Below are positions 50,675 to 63,219 of a DNA stretch of 64,000 nucleotides, one piece after another. This DNA is from Eledone cirrhosa (taxonomy: Eukaryota). The notes below the pieces were generated by a model that was not told where the DNA came from, searched no databases, and saw only the letters and a list, made by a program, of their open reading frames with translations. Made by a program: the position numbers and the translations under genes. The number at the start of each line of letters is the position of its first letter. Positions within the stretch are counted from its first letter, which is position 1. The stretch is taken from NCBI GenBank assembly GCA_964016885.1, contig OZ024742.1, forward strand, positions 42,036,001 to 42,100,000, in the 5' to 3' direction.

Positions 50675-51303
50675 ATGATGGCTGCCCCCTCGTTATCGAG
50701 TATGGCCATTGCACGATATACCATTATTAATAATTATTAATTAATTCTATCGTGCAATGCCTGTGCATGAAGATATTTTTTTAAATGAGGAAAGACTGTG
50801 CACTGAGCCAATCCCACTCTCTGAGCGACAGTAGCTATAACCCGAAAAGAAGAAAATATCTACATCATCGGTAACTACTGAGCCGCAGGTTTTATATCAG
50901 AGTTATCCCAGTTTCCTGAGTTGCCTTCTCCTAGAAGAATGCCCTGACAAAGGCTAGGGGTCCTTCACTCCCAGTGGTTTAACCGCGCGATCAGGTGTCC
51001 AGCCCGATTATTTCTATGTCCCCGCGCATATACATACACATGCACCCATGTATATACACATATACATATACATACATATGTACATGTGTATATACATATT
51101 TACACACTTTTGGATGGCCGTTGACTCTTATGAGATCTTCCGCCCTTTGTCAGGTTTTGTTTTTTGTCCTGCAGGGTGTCCAAAATCCTCCTCCTCACCA
51201 AGTAAACTTGGTGGGGTTGCCGGTTTATTCGCCGACGACCCGACCATGCGACAGGTTGTACTGGGTTACATGTTACCAATAGCACTCAAGAGTGACCCGA
51301 CAT
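50675..51303 (-). mobile_element. Diverged RTE-derived non-autonomous element(s)
   Basis: Head at 51110-51303 is homologous to 6490-6680; the tail at 50675-50715 matches 3901-3942. Confidence 0.65.
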
Positions 51304-51314
51304 ACATACATACT

Positions 51315-53790
51315 ACATGATGGCTGCAAACTCGTGTTCAAGTATTGCCATCGCCCGATAAAATGTTCAAAAGTGTGAAGCACAAATGTGACTCTTTAAA
51401 CCAGCCAAATACTTGCACCCTCTGGCACACACATGGAAACTTTAGGCTCCCCCGAAACCTTCCATTGCTTTGTTCTGGCTGTATGTTCATATGTATCTTT
51501 TAAGACCTCCCATGCTTGTACATTTCTTACACCTTTTCAGATCATAATCTACATGAGGTCTACTGATATGACTTTGTTCATGTCTAATCAAACCAGCTTT
51601 GCTCAGGCTGACTCGACCACAGTGTTGGCAAATCAGATGATGTTCAACAGCAGGCAGTTCAGAACAGTCTCAATCCTCACCTTCCTTTTCAGTGTTAGGT
51701 GTTCTCTCCGACGAGTTTCAAAGTGTTCACCACCTGACTTGATCAAACGTCTCCACTTCACACGCTCATCAGCCATTTTCTCCCATTCGTCAGATGAAAT
51801 TCCAGCACAAGCCAAGGTGCCCCTGATACAGTCCCGGTACCGCCTTTTTGGTTTATGTGGTGGTCACCTTCCTTCACACAGTTCTCCATAGAGAAGTTGC
51901 TTTGGAATACGATCATCAGACATCTGGACCACGTGACTGCACCACCTCAACCGATACCGAAAGATTATGCTCTCTATAGTCACGCACCTGCTCCGTTCTA
52001 GAACTTCCAAATCACTGGCGAACATTTTCCACCACACCCCAAGTAACTTATGAAGAGATTGTTGGTGAAATCTCTCCAGATCCTTGAGGTGCTTTCTGTA
52101 TATGACCCACGTTTCACAAACATAAAGTAAAGAGGAGACGACAGAAGTCAGATACACTTTCACCTTGGTTCCGATAGTGATACCTCGTCTGGACCATAAA
52201 CATTGATGCAGCCGCCCAAAAGCATCACTGGCTTTCTTGATTCTTAAGGATATTTCATTATCATGTATGCATGAAGTGTTCAACGTACTACCAAGGTAAA
52301 CAAACTTGTCAGCAACTTTTAGCCTCTTTCCGTACACGTACACACTTGGTGCAATGTACTCGTTTCCAGGTACTGGCTGATACATCACAACAGTCTTTTC
52401 CAAGCTTATTGTGACGCCCAAAGTGCTGCAAGCTGCCGAAAAAGAGTTCATAATATGCTGCATGTCACTTTGTGAGTGTGCAAAAAGATCGCAGTCGTCT
52501 GCATACAAAAACTCTCGGATTATAGATGTTAATACCTTTGTGCTTGTACCAAAGCGCCTGGTGTTGAACAACCTTCCTGAAGTGCGATACCTGATGTAAA
52601 CCCCATGAGAGCAATATTTGAATGCCATGAGAAACACTATCGTAAAATATAAGGAAAACAGAGTTGGAGCCGGAATGTCCCCCTGCTTCATTCCATTTTC
52701 AACTGATATTGGTTCAGAGTGCTACCACCAATAGTGACCAAAGCCTTCATGTCATCATGGAAAAGATGCAGAATCTTCTACCCTACCTTGGATTTTTTTC
52801 CCACAACGCAGTTTGATTGACAGTGTCAAGTCAACAAAGACCTGGTAAAGGTCCATACATTGTTCGATACACTTTTCTTGCAGCTGCCAAGCAGAAACGA
52901 TCATATCCACTGTTCCTCTTTTGTTTCTGAACCCACACTGCGACTCAGGCAACACATTCAGAGCAACTCTTGGGATCAATCTATCCATCAATATTCGACA
53001 CGACTTTACCAACTACTGAAAGAAGGGATATGACATGATAATTGCCACATTTGTCCTTGCCGTCCTTTCCTTTATGGAGAATCACCATGAGCGCACCCTT
53101 CTTGTGGGACATTCTCATCTTCCCACACCATTTTCATGAGGTCAGTCAGGCGCTGCGTGAAGTTTTCACCACCACACTTCAAAACCTCTCCACTCAGACT
53201 ATCCATACCAGGAGACTTACCACAGTTCAGCTTATGCACAACAGAAGTCCCCTCTGCAAGAGAAGATACATTAGCCATCTCATATGCTTCACTGGTTCAA
53301 TAGGAATGGAACAAATGAAATCATCATCAACCTGGGATGGCTGGTTTAAGAGCTCATCAAAGTGATCTCTCTATCTGTCGAGTGTCTTTTGGGTCGCGCA
53401 GTAATTGCTTGCCATCTTTCGATCTCAAAGGGGCCACTGGAGAGCTGAAAGGGCCATACACCTCTGTGAGTAGAAAGTGTGGCAGTTTCACATTGTTGCC
53501 GTCAGATGCCACTTGAACTTCATCTGCTTTGTTGCTACACCAGGTATTTTGCATAGCCCTGAGTTTCACCTGCACTTCCCTCTTTACCTGTCTGTAACGC
53601 TCATAATTGTCACCAACAGAGCTACCACCTTTAAGAACTGCATCAAGTGTCTTTTGTTTTCTGTCTAGCAGAGCCTTGATCTCCTGGTCATTCTCATCAA
53701 ACCAGTCCTTGTTTTCTTGTGACAAAGCCAAGGACCTCTGCTGAAGCCTCATAGACCGAGCTCCTAAAGTCCTTCCAGTTGTTCTCATAC
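51315..53790 (-). mobile_element. Old RTE family A-related LINE, multiply frameshifted
   Basis: DWFDEND, GKSPGMD, ESQCGFR, KQGDIPAPTLF, YADD and RIPKQLLYGEL across broken ORFs. Confidence 0.88.
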
Positions 53791-54540
53791 ACGCATACAT
53801 AATTACATGTATACATACATTCATACATCCATACATACATGTATACACACATACATACATCCATCCATATGTGTATACATACATACATACAATGGTTAAA
53901 GTGTTTGACTGACGACCATAAGTTCATGGGTTCATATTTGGGACCGGGTAGTTATTGAATCAACCTGATATCAATGTTTATTATACAGCACACTTCCTCT
54001 TTGGTATAATATGACACATAGCAATATCTAACATAGTACCCATCTAATCTGTTATAATATGATTTACCTTTCCTCTGTGAAGGCACATGCCTTAGGGGTT
54101 ACGGTACTGGACTAACCATTATAAAGTCATGGGCTCGTTTCTTCGATCCTGCAGCATGTTGCGTCCTTCAGTAAAATACTTTAGTTCGTGTAGCTTCTTC
54201 TACCAGGACTTGCGGCAGACAGATAATATTAGTAATGGAAAAACCTTGTTTCATTAGTATGACCTGGAAATCAGTTCCACTCTATTTATCTTCTTTATTA
54301 AAGGCAATCAAATTATTTTTTATTTTATTCTTTTTCTTATTTTTCCATGTTTGTTAAATAAATTACAAAAAATTGAACTAAACTGAAATTTTGTAATAAA
54401 ATTTCCATAAAAGTTAATGTTTACAATACAATAAAATGTAATAAAATGTATTGAAGTCGACGAAATGTGGACCTTCATTTTTGAAAGATGGATAAGGCTA
54501 TAAGCAGATCTTACAATATTGTACCACAATTTTCCTTTGT

Positions 54541-54751
54541 GCAAAAGTGGACAGCCGAATTTAGGAAAGGATAGGGGATTCTTGAAGATGACCCAATGTC
54601 TGGACGTCCTACAACTGCCACTACCGAGGAAAACATTGATCTCAGTACTGCAACACCGATGGAAGAAGTGTGTGGAACGCAAGGGAGACTATGTTGAAAA
54701 ATAAACCTCATTTGGTCACATTCCATGAGAGTATCTTTGTCAACCCTCGTA
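54541..54751 (+). mobile_element. Internally deleted mariner remnant
   Basis: KWTAEF...LEDDPMSGRPTTATTEENID fused to RWKKCVERKGDYVEK*; ends CCCTCGTA. Confidence 0.75.
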
Positions 54752-54785
54752 TCTATGCGCCATATACGTAAAGATACAGAATTGC

Positions 54786-55184
54786 GGGCACTACAACGCT
54801 ATTAGCTGTCATATTTGTTGGTGAAAAAAATTTGATTATAAAACTTAAATTTATGAATGACTTGTTTTCTACATTGATAACCATGACTTGTTTTCTAATT
54901 AACTTAAATTTGTTTTCTAATTTGGCCCTTTTAAGGGCCACCTATTTTCATTTAAGAAACTCCCCTTACATCGATATGCCATGACTTGTTCTCTATTTGT
55001 TTTCTAATTTGGCCCTTTTAAGTCTTCCCTCTGTCTCCTCTTCCCCCTCTCTCTCTCTCTCTCAAAAAAACACGTGAAAACTCCACTTACGCGTGGTAGT
55101 AATACGGAAATAAACGATGTTGACGAGTGACGTCACCTTCGCCTGTTTTCCACTGGACTGACAGCTAATAGCGTTGTAGTGCCC
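54786..55184. mobile_element. MITE with 26-bp terminal inverted repeats
   Basis: GGGCACTACAACGCTATTAGCTGTCA ... TGACAGCTAATAGCGTTGTAGTGCCC. Confidence 0.8.
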
Positions 55185-55189
55185 ATTTT

Positions 55190-55360
55190 CGAGCTTGTGA
55201 CGTTTGAGGAAGTTGGGCCGCTAACTGCGAGGTTCTTATCTTCACTGGCGGCTCACTTAACCGAGGTAACTGGTGACGCTCGTGAGGGTGCTTAGCTGTT
55301 CCAACGCATCAGCCACGCCATCACCCTTGGTAAAGCTGCAATCGTGCTGGCTTACCTCAA
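55190..55360 (+). mobile_element. CRE-clade-like (RLE) retrotransposon C-terminal remnant
   Basis: LAAHLTEVTGDAREGA*LFQRISHAITLGKAAIVL resembles the TGD.R..FL.QR.S.AIQRGNA motif, recalled from memory. Confidence 0.55.
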
Positions 55361-55431
55361 AAATTATTAGAGAGGTTTCCCAGTGCTCCTCGCTATATTG
55401 TTATCTTTTGCTCTGGCAGCGGTTCAATTGT

Positions 55432-56080
55432 CGGCACTATAACGCTATTAGCTGTCATTCGTGAAAGCAGGCGAAGGTGACGTCATTCGTCATCGTTTAT
55501 TTCCGTATTACTACCACCACGCGTAAGTGGAGTTTTCACGCGTTTTTTTTTTTTATTAAAGCATATCGATGTAAGTGGAGTTACTTAAATGAAAATATAG
55601 GTGGCCCTTAAAAGGGCTAAATTAGAAAACAAATTTAAGTTAATTAGAAAACAAGTCATGGTTATCAAATAAATTGGATTTAATCATTTATATTTTCATA
55701 GTCATGGTTATCAATGTAGAAAACAAGTCATTTTCACCAACAGTGGAATTACTTCTGACAGCTAATACCATGAACTGAAATGAATTTTCACCAACAGTGG
55801 AGTTACTTCTGACAGCTAATACCATAAACTATATTTTCATAGTCATGGTTATCAATGTAGAAAACAAGTCATTTTCACCAACAGTGGAGTTAACTTAAAT
55901 GAAAATATAGGTGGCCCTTAAAAAGGCCAAATTGTTAATGGAATTAACCATCGCTACCGCTACTACAGCAGATACCATCAATCTCCATAGGGACTGTCTC
56001 TTGTCTCCATGTGGACTGCATAACGATGTTTTGCTTTCATCGGCTGCTTTCGACTGACAGCTAATAGCGTTGTAGTGCCC
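55432..56080. mobile_element. Second, rearranged and inverted copy of the same MITE
   Basis: Same TIRs; 55445-55670 is the reverse complement of parts of 54860-55150, with internal duplications. Confidence 0.75.
55981..56016. promoter_or_regulatory. Two tandem X-box (RFX)-like motifs upstream of Tectonic
   Basis: ATCTCCATAGGGAC fits RTHNYYWTRRNRAC; GTCTCCATGTGGAC has one mismatch. Confidence 0.35.
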
Positions 56081-56540
56081 ATTTGTCCACCCCTTTCGCT
56101 TGCCTGTTATTGTATGTGGTGCTAGATGTGTGTTTTTTTCTTTTTTCTCTTTTTATTTGTAATATTATGATGACGGTTATGCTAACAAATAAAATTGCTT
56201 TTCATTTATATACAAATATATAAAAACACGCATAAACAAACATCCGTGAACGATTAAATTGATCAAGTAGATGTAATAAAAACCGCTGCTAACAATAACA
56301 TCATTTATTTACCCTTTAGCTACCTATTCTGTGCGGAGTGTTAATTTTTTCCCCCAATTACTATCATATAGATACACAATATTTCTATCGCACATTTCAT
56401 ATCTAAAATGTATTTTTTAAATTTTACTAACAAAATATAGATATGTTCTTTTAGCTGTTTTACCATGTAAATAAGTCTTCGAGCTTGTTATTTTCAAATT
56501 ATAGATCCGCAGTGAACACAACCGAGCACGGTCACTAAAC

Positions 56541-56757
56541 ATGCACCTCATAGCAAGCACGTGTAAAAGGCTGGTATTTGTTTTATTTCTTCACCAAGTC
56601 CTTTCACAAATTGCTAATGATACAAACAGTAGTACCACTCCGAAAGTTACGACAGAAAGTTCTTTAAATAAACGGTTTGTTTCAACTCAGGAACAGACCA
56701 TACCAGTTACAACGCCGTTACCAAAGCAACCGTCAACTAACATTCCTGCAAATACAG
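56541..56757 (+). CDS. TCTN1: Tectonic (TCTN1/3-like) coding exon 1: signal peptide plus T/P/S-rich linker
   Basis: MHLIASTCKRLVFVLFLHQVLSQ...; donor G|gttagt, phase 1. The paralogue assignment (TCTN1 vs TCTN3) is uncertain. Confidence 0.75.
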
Positions 56758-57097
56758 GTTAGTTTACATATCAACCTATCTCCCTCGTGTATCACAGCGT
56801 GTATGTATAAACTTAATCTGTTGCTCGGTTTAACACCACCATTTGTCTATTGGATTCCTTTAGCGAAGCCCATTCTATTGAAGGAGCTATGGCTATATCT
56901 TCTTCGGTCTCCAGGCTCCTGAAAAGTATTGTGTGCTGTTTCCATTCTGACTTAGTCATGTAAAGAAAAAAAAATGAGTAATCTGAATTTTATGGTCGAA
57001 GACAGTACGATTTATTTTGTTTTTTTTGCGTTAAAAATGAGTCATACTTAAAGGGATTTCGATACAAATACAGTTTCCCTACCGTGACCCTAATCAA

Positions 57098-57453
57098 TAA
57101 TTGTTTCTACTTTTGACATAAGGCTAGCAAATACCCCAGTGCATTACTGGTGCTTTATATGATCGACCCCGTAAGGATGAAAGGCAAAATTAACCTCGGC
57201 GGGATTTGAATTCAGAACACAAAGGGCCATAACTCTATGCTGCAAAGCATGATATCTGACGCTCTATCGATAATTGTTTCTACTTTAGGCACAAGGCCAG
57301 CAATTACTCAGTACATAACTGGTACTTTATTTTATCGACCCCGTAAGGATGAAAGGCAAAGTCAACATCGGCGGGATTTGAACTCAGATCGTAAAGGGAC
57401 GTAACTATGCTGGAAAGCATGGCGCTCTATCGATAATGCCAATCCACTGCCCT
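57098..57453 (-). mobile_element. Two tandem SINE family 2 copies in Tectonic intron 1
   Basis: TCGACCCCGTAAGGATGAAAGGCAAA occurs twice. Confidence 0.75.
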
Positions 57454-58485
57454 AACCAATAATACTAAATTTTTATTGCGCGCGCAAAATAAATAAAAGA
57501 AATTAATCGAACTATCTACTATTTGTATTTGTTTGAAACATTTTATTCGAGATTCTTCCCATAATATATATTTGTGTGTGTTTTAGTTTTTTTTTCTTTT
57601 TAGAGTAGCTGTATTCATGTTTTTTTTGTTTTTGAGCTAGAGTTATTATGTAATTAGTACAAATACTAAGTCAAGATAGGGGCTAACTAAATAGGAAAAA
57701 ATTATATATAGCCACCACTGCAAGCAGCGTTAGTTTTTCTCGGGCCTAGAGGCTCACCAGGCATGAGTTTATCCAAGACACCGTCAATCTGATGTTGCTG
57801 CTGCTGTTGCTCCTTTTCAGCCGAGTGGACGAAAGAAGGGTCGAAATATATCACTTATAGTAGCATAAAATAAAATAAATTTGGAATCCTATAAATATTG
57901 TGGATCTTGTTTAGCCCAGTCAGTCCCACCCACTTTAACCCATCACTGGACAGGAACAACGTGAAGTGAACAGCATTGTCCAAGCACGCAACACACTAGC
58001 TAATCAAATCCATAACCTTACAATCAATGCTGCTTACTAAAACCCTAACCATTAGGCCTGTGACCTTGTGGTCGGGGTGTTGGTAAGCAACATTGGTGCA
58101 GGGTAATAGGTGGCTTAGTGAACGACCTGTTCAGATGTGTGTATGACCTATTTATGTGTGTGTCATTTTCCTTTCCCATTTCTTTCTTTTTTCTGTGATG
58201 ACGATTATGTTGGCAAATAAAATATATCAACAAAACGCTATCCTGCTCATTCTAATTACCATTAAATAATTTAATAAGACATAGTGTTGAAATTGAACAT
58301 TTTTATAGACAACAGTTGACTGGAGAAGCATTGGAAAAATTTGAAATGAGTTCCTCTGTCCACTCTTTTCTGTCTCCATCCAGGAGTACTTTACCCGATT
58401 TTCCCAACTATTATTTATAGTGATTTACTATTTATTGTCATTGTGATGCACATATTTCAAATTTTGATTACTTTTATCATTCAAG

Positions 58486-58606
58486 ATATTGGACCCTGTC
58501 CTTGTGATTTGACTGCTTATGGTTGTGATGTAAATTGTTGCTGTGATTCTGATTGTTCTGCAGATGACCAACAGGCTTTTTCTTATTGCATCAGTTTCAA
58601 TTCGGT
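58486..58606 (+). CDS. TCTN1: Tectonic exon 2 (cysteine-rich signature)
   Basis: [20 protein letters not shown] is the Tectonic CxCDL-x4-CDxNCCCDxDC motif; aag acceptor, gtaagt donor; phase 1-2. Confidence 0.92.
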
Positions 58607-58889
58607 GTAAGTGTTTTGTTTTTTTTAAAATTTCCCTTTACCACCCTTTACCATGTTCCTTCATAAAAGCATTAAAATTCTATTTACCCTTTAACTGGTT
58701 TGTTTGTAATTGACTATCCTAGGGCACTGTCTTCTAAGAAATTGGTTCATCATATCAACTGACATGTTTACTTTAGTCTCATACACTTACTTTATTTATC
58801 ATTTTGACATAAAGTGTCTGAGTTAAATGGGTGGTAATGACACAACTCTTACACACTGGTAGACATAAACTTCGAATCAGTTACATCCT

Positions 58890-59165
58890 CAATAAACTGA
58901 GAGAGAAATTAGGCCTAAGAGGGGTCAGATGTAGTGTACAGGAGAGGAGATTACAGCGGTTTGGACATGTAATTCGCATGGAAGATGACAGCTGTATAAA
59001 AAGGTGCAGAGCAATCAAAGTCAATGGTGGCTATGGAAGAGGAATACATAGGAAAGTTTGTGATGAAGTGATAAAAGCTGACCTTGCCCAATTAAACCTT
59101 ACAAATGAGATGACACAAGACTGAGATCTCTAGTGTCATGCTGTACTCCTGAAGACCCGCCTTCC
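58890..59165 (+). mobile_element. Diverged RTE family B-like 3' fragment (intronic)
   Basis: LREKLGLRGVRCSVQERRLQRFGHVIRM. Confidence 0.75.
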
Positions 59166-59835
59166 CATGTGCACGAAATGAAAGGAAACAAACAAGTAGT
59201 CTGCACCATTCTTTTCACCCTCCCCATTCACTCTTCGATGTTGAGCTTGCTTACCTGCCCACCCACACATACAAGCATGAAAGCTGAACACGCACTACAT
59301 CTGATCTCCCACAATGCTGTTGCCACAACAAAAAGCACTGTATGCTAATCTAGTGCCACAACAAAAGCACTCTGTCCATCCTGTAAGATGGTCGTGTTGG
59401 TAACACAAGAAAAAGCACCCAGTCCACCAAAATGATCAAGACTTTTGAGGTATTTAGTAAAATAACATTTTCATTTTGAAGTTGGTGTTTGAAATGTAAC
59501 TGAACAAAATTTTATTACATTAAATTATGATGAATGGTTTAAATTTAAATATAAACACTTTAAAACATGCCTTTGTATCATAGAACCCAGAGTAATTTCA
59601 GTTCAGGCAGTTTGTTATCAGAAGGGTTTAAGCAACTGGTGTCATATGTTTATGACCCACATCATACAGTGGTTTAATGAAAAAGAGTGGTATACACTAT
59701 ACTTACAAATAAATTATAGGTTGGCGTCAGGAAGGGTTGTAAAAAACCTGCCTCAAACCAGCATAAGAAAAAAATGATGGGGGTAATGGTGGTGATGATG
59801 AAAACTCATTAATTCTTTTGTTACTAATATTTCAG

Positions 59836-59939
59836 AATTGATGATCGATTGTGTTTTCCTGAAGACTTTATGACTGTTAATGTACCTTTTAAAACCAATG
59901 TTTCTAATTCGGGAATTCTTTGCATTTATTATGACAACA
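59836..59939 (+). CDS. TCTN1: Tectonic exon 3
   Basis: IDDRLCF...GILCIYYDN; tttcag acceptor, gtaagt donor; 104 nt, phase 2-1. Confidence 0.88.
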
Positions 59940-61368
59940 GTAAGTATTTTTCTTTGTTAAATTTAATTAATTTTACTCATTTAATATTTTTTCCATTTTA
60001 TATTCAATTTCCTTTTCAAATTTGTTAAATAAAATTTGCTTGAAATTATCATTTTTTAATTGTTTTGTTGAACCTTTCATTGCCTTATTCCTATATAATT
60101 TCTACCTGTGGCCTGAACGCTTATATTTTTTCATTACTGCATAATTTATTCTACCTTAGCTTTTAAACTCTCTTCATATCAAACCCTTTGAAACTGCCCA
60201 TGGATCTATAATACAAGGCTAATCATTTTAATGTGTTTATATTTATCTAACAATGTTTCTTATATAACCTTATGTAAGAACCCTTGCTAAGTTATGTTCC
60301 AAACACCAGCTTTATAATAGTGAAGTTAGCTAATTTATTAAATCCCATAAGCTACTTTTCTCATTAGAAATATAACAAAAATGCCAATTCATTATCAGTT
60401 AATTGTCTTGTCACTCAACTAAGAAAACAGTTTGAATTGCTATAATAGTGAAATTAAATAAAGTATAAACTTACAAATTTTGTTCTTCCCATTGTCATAC
60501 ATGTGAGTTTAATTTTAGTATTTAAAATTCAAACAGTTATTGACACAATTTATTACAGAAATGAAACTAAAATGACTGAAAGTCACAGGCACTCCAACTC
60601 AAAGACCTTATACTTGAAAAAGAGAGCTTGATACTTGAAAATCCAAGCCATTATATTAATCTGGACTTTATATCTCTAAGATATAAAACTGTTTATATTT
60701 ATTTGAAATTTTACATAAGAACCTTTATTCCAAACACCAGCTTAATAATGACAAACTTATTTTTAATTATATTGCTAAATCTGTTCAAAAACTTCATCAT
60801 TTTCAGAATGATTTTGAAATATTTAATTAGAAATATGGTAACAAAAGGGTTAATTTGTATAAAACTATTCAGTTCTTTCACATAATGTCTATAGTTTAAT
60901 TAGCGATAGCAGTTACACAGCATGATTAAAAATAAAGGTTTATTTGGAGCCCATATACAATATGTTTATGTATAATAAACAAAGTTTTGGTGTGAATATT
61001 TTAAGCTGAGATCATATGGGGTGTAAGGATGTTGATCACAGCTAAAAAAATACTCTCAGAAGCTATTTGTATGTTTATTATACATAAATATATTCTATAT
61101 GGGTTTATATATGCCTTTATAATATCTATAGTATATTAGTACCATAAGCTTATAATTTTTAAATATTGGTATCAATTTTATTTTACTGTTAATGAATGAG
61201 GAAGTGTTTGCAAATATAACTTTAGAAGACAGTGCCCTGGCATGGCCACAGTTTACTGACAAAAACCAGTAAAAGAATAAATTATATTTATCCTCACTTT
61301 GAATATTTCATTAGATGTAACTCATCATCATGCAACTGACAAATGTATTTAATGTCTTCCATTTGTAG

Positions 61369-61505
61369 AAGCTGAACGAAACTATTATAAAAACCCCCAT
61401 CTTATTACCAATGAAATTGTTTTCACAATTTATGAATCATTATATTTAAAATCATCATATAAGGTTCGCTCATCAAACCCACCTATATTTGGAGACTTTT
61501 ACAAA
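61369..61505 (+). CDS. TCTN1: Tectonic exon 4
   Basis: AERNYYKNP...FGDFYK; ttgtag acceptor, gtaagc donor; 137 nt, phase 1-0. Confidence 0.8.
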
Positions 61506-62224
61506 GTAAGCATTTCTCTTAAATAGAACTACATTTTGGGAGAATATTGTTCTGATTTTCTTTACTAGTTTACTCCCATTTAAAATATTTTCTTAAGATT
61601 CTATTATTATTTTGTTGGAGAGGGTCAGACGCCATGCTTTGCAACAAAGCCCATTATGGTCTGAGGTTAACTTTGCCTTTCATCCTTATGAGGTCGATAA
61701 AATAAAGTACCAGTAATGCACTGGGATAATTGCCAGCCTTGTGCCAAAAGTAGAAATAATTATTTTAATATTACTATTTCCCACAAATTTTGACCAAATT
61801 TGGCACAGAGATTCAGATCCATCACACAATAATCAACAAAGGTAAAAACTCTGACTCCCAACTGCTCCTGGGGTAAAAAGATGACTATAAGAGGAGAAAG
61901 GAGAAAGACAAGTTTCTAATAGAGTCAGAAGGAGACTTTTGAGAAAGAGTAAAACATCCATTCTAAAATATAAAAATAGTATTTTAGGTTCTAAAATAGA
62001 AGTCATCTTTCTCTTTCAACTTCTTAAATTCTCTATCTCTTTCTCACCTATACATGCATATATATATTTATATAGACACATTAAGTATTCCTATAAAGAT
62101 GTGTATGTGTGTGTACTTGTAATTCTGTCCCTGCTGCGAAGTACATGTATAGGTACAGATTTATGCATTTAGGGGTCTCTAAATTTATATATACATGTTT
62201 TCTGTTTGTGTGTATCTCTCACTT

Positions 62225-62280
<56 letters not shown>

Positions 62281-62321
62281 ACTCCAATACTTTTGAACAC
62301 ATATATATATATATATATATT

Positions 62322-62572
62322 ATATTACTTATTTATGTTCATACATTGAACAAAAGCCCCACCTAAGGTTTCAAGGCCAAAATTTGACCATACCTCCAGA
62401 ATATAAGAGACATCAAATTAGCAACCTTTCTTCAGGTGCTTAAACTCTTATAAACACCTGAAAAAAGATCACTAATTTGATGCTTCTTGTATTCTGGAGG
62501 TATGGTCAAATTTGGGCCTTGAAGCCTTGGGTAGCACTTTTGTTCAATGTATGAACATAAATAAATAATATA
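62322..62572. repeat. ~250-bp foldback inverted repeat in Tectonic intron 4
   Basis: TATTTATGTTCATACATTGAACAAAAG...AAATTTGACCATACCTCCAGAATA mirrored by TATTCTGGAGGTATGGTCAAATTT...CTTTTGTTCAATGTATGAACATAAATA. Confidence 0.85.
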
Positions 62573-63116
62573 TTTTTGCTCTCTTCCTGATTGAGCACTG
62601 TTTTCCTTTTTCCTTTTCACATCTATGGATATTGTTGCATATATATATTATCGTTTTTACATCTTTTTTCCATGGGTTGGGCAGGTCCATTTCAGCGCAG
62701 CATCTCTCCACTCGCCGCATTCCTTCTTTGTCTCCTTTGTGAGTCTCAGTGATTTGAGATCAGCTCTCACCACCTCTGCCCAGCATTAGAGAGGTTGTCA
62801 TGTCCTTGATGTGACTGGAGAGTTCTCTTACCTTTTTTGGTATGGTTTATATGGCTGGATGCCTTTCTTAATGTCTGCAATGATAGTTGTTTATGTCCTC
62901 CATGAACAATACATCCTGCAATATAGTAGTTTGAAATGTATCATACATAGAATGTGGTATGAGTTGGTGTTGGGGAAGGGCATACAACCTTCAAAAACCT
63001 GTCAGAAAAAGATCTCATCCAACCCATGCAAGCATGGAAAAACAGATGTAGAAATGATGGTGATTGGAGGTAATTTTTATTTCTATCTTATTTTGTTGTT
63101 GCCTTATGTTTTTCAG

Positions 63117-63219
63117 AGTGGTAATAGCATTTACGTGATGAGCTCTGAATATGTGCCCAAGTATTTCTCACTACCAACTACACTTGCTACAGAATTTTGT
63201 GTTGATGACAACCCTGCTG
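63117..63219 (+). CDS. TCTN1: Tectonic exon 5 (gene continues beyond the window)
   Basis: SGNSIYV...FSLPTTLATEFCVDDNPA resembles the TCTN1 C.D.NPA motif; tttcag acceptor, gtcagt donor. Confidence 0.88.
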
